Positions 57,875 through 64,000 of a stretch of 64,000 nt of DNA are shown here, one piece after another (positions within the stretch are counted from its first letter, which is position 1; each line of letters opens with the position of its first letter). Both the position numbers and the translations under genes were made by a program. The stretch spans positions 34,085 through 98,084 of the forward strand of contig JBMFXB010000001.1 of the NCBI GenBank assembly GCA_049964715.1. Reading direction: 5' to 3'. The notes under the pieces were generated by a model. It saw only the letters and a list, made by a program, of their open reading frames with translations. It searched no databases and was not told where the DNA came from. The DNA is from Candidatus Dormibacteria bacterium (GTDB lineage: Bacteria; Chloroflexota; Dormibacteria; Aeolococcales; Aeolococcaceae).

Positions 57875-60472
57875 TCAGTTTTTCGTATCGCTTATCGTGC
57901 AACTACCCTTCTCATCAATGGTGTTCGCTTTACGACAGTGCAAAGCACGTTCAATGTCATCCTGGAGATCGAGCAGCTGCTTTTTGACGGATGCACTCAC
58001 CTTCGGCTCAGCGAGTACGGACCTTATCTCCTTCACGACAGCCGGATCCGGCTGAACAGGAACTGCATATGAAACGAGATTGTCGAGCGTTTGTTCTTCA
58101 CGACGATCATTCCAGGTCGTTATTGCAGCTGCAAGTTTCCCGTAATACGGTCGTAAAAGAGTTTCCTGCTCCGGCTGCCAAAATGCCTGCCCAATGGCTC
58201 GTGCCTCAGCAATTGTAATGCCATCTGCCATAAGTTCCTTCCATGCCTGCCTTTTTGCTGCCACTGTTGGACGGGCTGCACGTACTGCTTGCGCCTGAAC
58301 GCGGCCGAGAACAGAGTCATCTCCGAGTTCTTCCTTGTGTATGATCCTGTCTGACACTGCACCCAAAGCTGCAAGCTTTCCAATGATCTTCCATCTCATG
58401 TCCTGATCAACCTTGCCCTCACCTCCCGGTGCAAGGACTATACCTGGAAGATGTTCCCTGCCGGTAAGGAGATGCTTGAGAAATGTGATGTCCTTCTGAG
58501 AGCTAGTCGTTGCAAGGAACACTTGAAACCATGAAATGTGGAATGGTGTTCCCTCCGATTTCTTGAGCATTGCTGCAGCTGTATTATGGAGCTTTGCCTG
58601 GAGTTTGTCGCGTTCCCCAGGATCTGCATACAGCCTAATTGCTGTCTGTGCCCGTGCAAGAAGGGCTTCAAGCACTGAGGGGACTGATTCGTTTGCTTGG
58701 GCACACATCACATCGACAAACTCCCGAACAGGAAACACGCCATCCCGTGTCATGTTCCAGAGAGTGCTGTTGCACAGTGTTCGTGCAAGGGGAGATTCGA
58801 GTGTCTGTACTGCCTTCTTGACAACATCAAGAGACATCGGATCAAAAGCCACCTTTGCAAAGGTCCAGTCATCATCATTCACGAGCACAAGGTCTGCAGT
58901 CTTCTTTCCCACAAGTTCCCTGCACGAAGTCGCAGCTCCATCAACAGTGACTGGAATGGATTCTCGCAGGATGAGTCTGCCGTCTGCACCAAGATCGTAC
59001 AGGCCAACCTTAAGTCGATGAGGCCGCAGGGTTGGATATTCCTTCTTCGCAGCACCTTGCTCAATGATGAATCGTTCGTAGACCCCCTTCTTCGAATTGA
59101 AGTTTGCCCGGAGTGTATTGATGCCAGGCTCTTCCAACCATACCTTTGCCCATCTTGAAAGCGATACGCCTGATGCTTTCTCAAGGTGGTGAAGCAAGTC
59201 GTCTCGTGTTGCATTTCCAAATGATCTGTCAACAAGGTACGCATGGATACCTTTCCAAAAGGCATCTCCCACATATCGCTCAAGCTGCTGGAGAACAGAG
59301 CTTCCCTTTTCATACGTAATGCGGTCGAAGTTTGACCAAATCTCATTTGTGGCCTCAACGGGGACGGAAATAGGATGAGTCGAGGGCTTCTGATCTGCAG
59401 CTGAAGCTGCAGCTTTGGAGCTCGTTGCAAAATCGACTGCTGCAACCTTGAATGGTGTTGCCTCATCCTGCCCTCTATGCGAAACGAATGTTGCAAAACT
59501 CTCATTGAGCCACAAATCATTCCACCACTGCATCGTTGTCCTGTCACCAAACCACATATGCCCGAGCTCATGAAAGAGCACATTGATTTGGTACTGGAGC
59601 TGTGTTGCAGACACAACACCTCTTGGAAGGGTTCGCTCAACGAAAGTCATAAGTCCCGGATTTTCCATTGCGCCAAAGGTAAAGTCCGGAACCCAAGCCA
59701 GACCAATCTTCGGAAATGGATACGGCAGACCAAATCTTTTCTCGTAGTAGTCCACAGCCATTTTCATCGTCTGGAATGTCGGCTCCGGAGTAAGATACTT
59801 GGCCATTGCTTTCCGACAGTACAGCTCCATCGGGTACTTGTATGAGGAATCTGTCACCTTGTGGTAAGGACCAGCAAGAAATGTCGCAAGATACGTCGAC
59901 ATGACAGGGCTACGATCAAATGTCCATGTCGCAGTCGCTCCATCCTTCGCAACGTCTTTGCTCGTCTCTGGAGTGTTCGTTGCAACTGTCCAATTAGCCG
60001 GAGCAGTAACAGCCAGATCAAAGGTGCCTTTGATATCTGGTTGGTCAAAACATGCAAAAACGGAATGGATCTCGAATGCCTCACCCTGTGTGTAGAGGTA
60101 CGCATTTCCATCTTCAGGATCGATAGTCCTCTGCATTCCCATGCCACCCTGTCGATATGGACAGTGCGAAACAACGTGCAACGTATTCGATGCACGCAGA
60201 CCATCGAGCGCAATTCTCCCATCCTTCCATGCAGAGCGTGGAAGTGTCCTCCCATTGAGCACAATCTCCTCAACGGATTCTGCGACAAGGTCTATGAATG
60301 TGGCATTTCCTTCCACTGCAGCAAATGTCACGGTTGTTTCAGATCGAAACGATGAGTTGCCATCACCATCTTCCAGGGTGAGATGCACCTGATAGGACGG
60401 ATTTCCGAGTATGGTACGCTTACGTGCCTCAGCTTCAATACGAGATAGCGGCGGGATACGTACTTCCGTCAT
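57875..60472 (-). CDS. pepN: Aminopeptidase N (M1 family metallopeptidase)
   Basis: GAMEN, HELGHMWFGD (HEXXH) and WLNESFA motifs. Start at MTEVRIPPLSRIEAEARKR with AGGAGG RBS. Confidence 0.9.
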   Translation of the reverse strand: MTEVRIPPLSRIEAEARKRTILGNPSYQVHLTLEDGDGNSSFRSETTVTFAAVEGNATFIDLVAESVEEIVLNGRTLPRSAWKDGRIALDGLRASNTLHVVSHCPYRQGGMGMQRTIDPEDGNAYLYTQGEAFEIHSVFACFDQPDIKGTFDLAVTAPANWTVATNTPETSKDVAKDGATATWTFDRSPVMSTYLATFLAGPYHKVTDSSYKYPMELYCRKAMAKYLTPEPTFQTMKMAVDYYEKRFGLPYPFPKIGLAWVPDFTFGAMENPGLMTFVERTLPRGVVSATQLQYQINVLFHELGHMWFGDRTTMQWWNDLWLNESFATFVSHRGQDEATPFKVAAVDFATSSKAAASAADQKPSTHPISVPVEATNEIWSNFDRITYEKGSSVLQQLERYVGDAFWKGIHAYLVDRSFGNATRDDLLHHLEKASGVSLSRWAKVWLEEPGINTLRANFNSKKGVYERFIIEQGAAKKEYPTLRPHRLKVGLYDLGADGRLILRESIPVTVDGAATSCRELVGKKTADLVLVNDDDWTFAKVAFDPMSLDVVKKAVQTLESPLARTLCNSTLWNMTRDGVFPVREFVDVMCAQANESVPSVLEALLARAQTAIRLYADPGERDKLQAKLHNTAAAMLKKSEGTPFHISWFQVFLATTSSQKDITFLKHLLTGREHLPGIVLAPGGEGKVDQDMRWKIIGKLAALGAVSDRIIHKEELGDDSVLGRVQAQAVRAARPTVAAKRQAWKELMADGITIAEARAIGQAFWQPEQETLLRPYYGKLAAAITTWNDRREEQTLDNLVSYAVPVQPDPAVVKEIRSVLAEPKVSASVKKQLLDLQDDIERALHCRKANTIDEKGSCTISDTKN

Positions 60473-60853
60473 TCCAGTTCCTCCTGCGTGGAACGCCACG
60501 ACCAAACCCGATTCAGGTCCCAATCATACCCCATGGCAGTTGGATTCGTGGGAGCTGATGTACCACTGCAGGGACTTGGGTTGTGTGCAAGTCTATTACT
60601 TGATGTAATTGGAGCTAAGTGGTTCAATCACAACGCTTTGTTCTAGGGGTACAACGTTGTTGCACTGGAATATGTGAAAGAAGTTGCGGCCAAGTTGTAA
60701 TACCAATTGCTGCATCACTGTCATGTGATACTCGCAACACAAACCAGTCCTATACAGTTCGCTGCAACCAAGTCCACTCTTCTGCCAAAGAACCAACCTG
60801 TCCAGATGCACAAAAGCGGTAGTTCCGGACACGTAGCGAACGAAATATTTTTC

Positions 60854-61282
60854 TCATGGTGCACCCAGTTTCTCGAGAATGGGAGCAGCTATCCGAAGGA
60901 TCTCCTGTTCTTCATGGGAAAGCTTACGAATCTTCGCTTCGAGCCATTCTGTGCGTTTTCGCTGATCATCATGAACTAAAGCAACCCCTTCATCCGTGAG
61001 GACAATGTCCACACACCTCCTGTCCGACTCCCACGGAATCCTTCGAATATACCTTCGATTCTCAAGTTCACCAAGCACATGTGTCATGGTTGGTGCCTTC
61101 GTACGCTCATGCTCCGCAAGTGCGGACGGGGTCATTGGCCCAATTCGAGCAAGTGATGCAAGTACACTTCTCTCTGTCAATGAAAGCGAAGGATCCGAGT
61201 GTTCGGAGCGGAGGGCGCGACTCAGCCTCATGACAGAAAATCTAACAGCCTGGGCCACTGATAATATCGTTGCCTCTCTCAT
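60854..61282 (-). CDS. MarR family transcriptional regulator
   Basis: 142 aa winged-helix. LTERSVLASLARIGPMTPSALAEHERTKAPTMTHVLGELENRRYIRR. Confidence 0.8.
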   Translation of the reverse strand: MREATILSVAQAVRFSVMRLSRALRSEHSDPSLSLTERSVLASLARIGPMTPSALAEHERTKAPTMTHVLGELENRRYIRRIPWESDRRCVDIVLTDEGVALVHDDQRKRTEWLEAKIRKLSHEEQEILRIAAPILEKLGAP

Positions 61283-61296
61283 ACACTAATCATATC

Positions 61297-61317
61297 AGTT
61301 AGTTTTATAAACTAACT
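61297..61317. promoter_or_regulatory. Perfect 9-3-9 palindrome AGTTAGTTT-tat-AAACTAACT 15 bp upstream of the marR start. Candidate MarR operator
   Basis: Inverted repeat read directly in the AT-rich marR upstream region. Confidence 0.4.
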
Positions 61318-61376
61318 ATCTTGCGATCCCTTCAAATTCAACTAGCCTCGTCTAGCACACCAAAACCTTACACGCC

Positions 61377-62381
61377 CTAGGGTTGGATGGACTTTAGTCC
61401 TGGGTCATGGGCATTGTGTGCGTGCAACCTGAGAGGTTCAATGCGTGCAAATGTGCGGGGATTGATCTCTTCATGTGAAAGATACTGTTCAAGTGCATGT
61501 TGTGCAACGCCGCGTCTCCAGTGCCATAGGTATTCACCATCAGGTCGAGCTGGAATGAGTTCCTTCATGTACGAGAGCGACCACAGAACCTTGAGAACAA
61601 GAAAATCACTGAAATGATCACTAACGGGTGGAAGCGCATGACCTAGTGCAACTTCATCAAGTGCCTCAAAACACCTCCTGCGCTGCTCGTCGGAAAATCG
61701 ATAGGCGAGATGCTTCTTCACTGGTGTCTCAAGAGCAAAAAACTCCGTAAAGTCAATGGCATTCACAGAGTCATACCCTGCAGGTCCCCAAAAAAGATGC
61801 TCGAGGTCGATGATGCCGTGGTCCAGCATATTGAATGCATTGGCATCACCGTGGGAAGGTGCTAACGGGTATGACGCAAGCTCCTTCCGAGCACGTCGCA
61901 GGGAACTTCTGACAAGGGACAAGGGAAGGTCCGGATTCTCCTCGAGTACATTGGCAATGTTGAGTCCAGCATAAAGCTCATCACGCTTGGGGAAATGCTT
62001 TCCAAGGCGAAGCTGTGCATCAAGCCATTTAACGATGATTCCCTGAAATATGTCCACATCCGTATCTTCGACACACTGAGTCTCAAGATACTGGGTACGA
62101 AAACGCTCCCCAAGTGATTCACCACCCAAAGAGGTTTCTACCCAATATCCCAGATCCCCTATCTGTCCTATGTGCAGCACATGCGGTACAAGGAATCCTT
62201 CACGATGCAGCCAGGCAGTTTGCTTTCCTTCCGAAATAGTCATCTGCCTGGGACCTATGCGGAGAATACTCACTGCGTCTTCTGACCGGTATACAGCACC
62301 CCGACCGAGCACACGCTCCTTGATGAGGACCCACGGTCCCCCCGGTATCTGCTGCAGCACATCCCCTCTTTCCATGACCAA
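61377..62381 (-). CDS. Phosphotransferase enzyme family protein (aminoglycoside phosphotransferase/kinase-like fold)
   Basis: Catalytic-loop-like HGDANAFNML and IDLEHLFWGPAGYD (APH motifs). Confidence 0.65.
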   Translation of the reverse strand: MVMERGDVLQQIPGGPWVLIKERVLGRGAVYRSEDAVSILRIGPRQMTISEGKQTAWLHREGFLVPHVLHIGQIGDLGYWVETSLGGESLGERFRTQYLETQCVEDTDVDIFQGIIVKWLDAQLRLGKHFPKRDELYAGLNIANVLEENPDLPLSLVRSSLRRARKELASYPLAPSHGDANAFNMLDHGIIDLEHLFWGPAGYDSVNAIDFTEFFALETPVKKHLAYRFSDEQRRRCFEALDEVALGHALPPVSDHFSDFLVLKVLWSLSYMKELIPARPDGEYLWHWRRGVAQHALEQYLSHEEINPRTFARIEPLRLHAHNAHDPGLKSIQP

Positions 62382-62560
62382 TATCCTGTCAGGTATCGCA
62401 CTTTACGTCAATTTTTCTTTTGCGCTTAACGACAGACAGCTGTCGTAACACACAGTCATACAAGAGAAAATTGGTACACTCAAGTGCAGGAATTAGCCTT
62501 TCCTGCACCATTGCGTGACCTGCTTGGTGCCCATGACCACAGGAAGGAGGACATATTCAT

Positions 62561-62980
62561 ATGGTCAGAGAATATGAGGCAATGTACATCCTGCGTCCAG
62601 ATCTGGACGAGGATGGGGTGAAGTCAGAGATTGATGCAATTCACGAGCTCGTGGAGCACGGATCCGGCACTGTTGACAAAACAACACGCTGGGGCCGACG
62701 ACATCTCGCATACGAGATCGAAGGAAATCAGGAAGGGTATTACATCATCGACCGATTCCATGTCGAAGGCTCAGTCATCAAGGAAATGGAGCGAACTCTC
62801 CATATCAATGAACACGTCCTTCGACATCTCATCGTGTTGAGCTCCACTACAGCTGACATGTCTGTCAGTGAAAGTTTGAGTAGTGAGCGATCCGAGGATG
62901 AAGACGAATCCGGTTCCTTGTCCCGTACATCACACGACATAAGTGATGAGGATGACGAGGAAGAGGAAGAGGAGGAGTAG
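62561..62980 (+). CDS. rpsF: 30S ribosomal protein S6 with acidic Asp/Glu C-terminal tail
   Basis: MVREYEAMYILRPDLDEDGV...RWGRRHLAYEI. AGGAAGGAGG RBS. Confidence 0.9.
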   Translation: MVREYEAMYILRPDLDEDGVKSEIDAIHELVEHGSGTVDKTTRWGRRHLAYEIEGNQEGYYIIDRFHVEGSVIKEMERTLHINEHVLRHLIVLSSTTADMSVSESLSSERSEDEDESGSLSRTSHDISDEDDEEEEEEE

Positions 62981-62982
62981 CA

Positions 62983-63450
62983 ATGGCAGGTTCTCTCAAT
63001 CGCGTAATGCTCATTGGTCGACTTACCCGGGATCCTGAGCTTCGATACACTCCTTCGGGAACTGCAGTGTGTCAGCTTGCCATTGCAACCAACCGGTATG
63101 GTCAGGATTCAACCAGTGGCGAGCGAAAGGAATTCACGGATTACCATGATGTCGTTGTGTGGAATCAGGGAAATCGGAAGCTTGCAGAGCTCTGTGGACA
63201 ATATCTCCAGAAGGGTCGCCTCGTGTATGTTGAGGGTCGGCTTCAAACCCGTAGCTGGGATGATCAACAGACCGGAACGAAGCGCTACAAGACAGAAGTC
63301 AATGCAAATGACGTACAGTTCCTTGACAGCCGCCAGGACAGCCCCTCAAACGAACTCACCGGCAGTCCTGTTCCTGCTGCTGCCAAATCATCAGCACCAG
63401 ACGTATTCGGATCAAATGGTGACATCGATCCGGATGATATCCCTTTCTAG
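62983..63450 (+). CDS. ssb: Single-stranded DNA-binding protein
   Basis: MAGSLNRVMLIGRLTRDPELRYTPSGTAVCQLAIATNR and acidic C-terminal tip DDIPF. Confidence 0.9.
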   Translation: MAGSLNRVMLIGRLTRDPELRYTPSGTAVCQLAIATNRYGQDSTSGERKEFTDYHDVVVWNQGNRKLAELCGQYLQKGRLVYVEGRLQTRSWDDQQTGTKRYKTEVNANDVQFLDSRQDSPSNELTGSPVPAAAKSSAPDVFGSNGDIDPDDIPF

Positions 63451-63478
63451 TTTTTGACCATCCAGGAGAATTTCAATC

Positions 63479-63700
63479 ATGCGTGAACATCAGCGTCGCC
63501 GTAAAGTCTGCAGCTTTTGCCTTGACCAACGACGGGTTATTGACTACAAGGAAGTAACTCGCCTTCGCCGATACATCTCGGAGCGGGGAACCATCCTTCC
63601 AAGCAGAATGACAGGTACATGTGCACGGCACCAACGCTTGCTTGCACAAGCTCTCAAGCGTGCACGTCACGTTGCACTTCTTCCTTTCGTTGTCAGGTAA
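63479..63700 (+). CDS. rpsR: 30S ribosomal protein S18
   Basis: [58 protein letters not shown]. Confidence 0.9.
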   Translation: MREHQRRRKVCSFCLDQRRVIDYKEVTRLRRYISERGTILPSRMTGTCARHQRLLAQALKRARHVALLPFVVR

Positions 63701-63720
63701 GAACATACTGCATCACCATA

Positions 63721-63755
63721 CGACCTGACCACGCCATACAGCGTCGGTCAGGTCG
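63721..63755 (+). terminator. Long GC-rich stem-loop (14-bp stem, 6-nt loop) right after rpsR, without U-tract
   Basis: cgacctgaccacgc-cataca-gcgtcggtcaggtcg read directly. Confidence 0.4.
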
Positions 63756-64000
63756 TGGCATATCATGGTGACAATGACTGCTACTCCCGAATCTCGTCCA
63801 CGTTTGCTGCATTGCTGGAACGCACCTGCTGCTCGTTTGTACGCTGCAGTATTCCTGTGCGGCTGTATCACTGCGCTACTTGCCTCATTCCATATCCCCA
63901 TTACCTCGGACCAGTCATCAATTCTTCTAGAAGCGAATTCCTTTCGACATGGAAACCTCCTTCTTCACGGATGGGTCCTTCCTGCTGACAACTTCCTCTT

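Noticed and set aside
63713-63901. 62-aa minus-strand ORF after rpsR
   Set aside because: It overlaps the strong hairpin and has no RBS or homology. It is probably spurious.

Overview
This 64 kb window looks like a segment of an actinobacterial chromosome with about 52% GC. The phylum call rests on a cysteinyl-tRNA-synthetase paralog with the MshC (mycothiol ligase) signature and on an F420-type luciferase-like oxidoreductase. Most of the window is housekeeping and salvage metabolism, in both orientations:

- a truncated M16 peptidase-like gene at the left edge
- the cysDN–cysH sulfate assimilation genes
- a pyrimidine/purine nucleoside salvage cluster (nucleoside phosphorylase, thymidine phosphorylase, cytidine deaminase)
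- mshC, purB, a HIT protein, a cation/H+ antiporter and a glycerophosphodiester phosphodiesterase
- a co-translated ECF sigma/anti-sigma pair
- a two-subunit biotin carboxylase (biotin carboxylase plus 5S carboxyltransferase-BCCP)
- an acyltransferase, epimerases, glutamate dehydrogenase and a penicillin-amidase-family protein
- gcvT–gcvH, pepN, a MarR regulator, and rpsF–ssb–rpsR at the right edge
- tRNA-Asp(GTC) and tRNA-Val(CAC)

The most unusual region is 8.49–14.21 kb. It is a compact, translationally coupled five-gene cluster:

- a ParA/MinD/CpaE-like P-loop ATPase
- a small two-TM pilin-like (VirB2/TrbC-like) protein
- a VirB6/TrbL-like polytopic membrane protein with a Gly/Gln-rich tail
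- a VirB4-like ATPase split into a 2-TM N-terminal ORF and a Walker A/B C-terminal ORF that overlap by ATGA

No relaxase, VirD4 coupling protein, VirB11, integrase or tRNA target is adjacent. The cluster is therefore a minimal, chromosomal, VirB4-centred translocon. Its composition is reminiscent of archaeal Ced-type DNA importers rather than a conjugative element.

Other accessory-looking content:

- two tandem paralogous membrane-anchored surface proteins built from a ~50-aa Cys-pair/WNGSxW repeat that I cannot place in a known family
- a permease fused to four YHS/TRASH metal-binding domains
- an AT-hook/lysine-rich nucleoid-protein-like gene
- an orphan sensor kinase followed by two giant Ig-like repeat proteins, one carrying a (Thr-Pro)n hexanucleotide microsatellite
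- a DnaQ-like exonuclease with an internally triplicated segment
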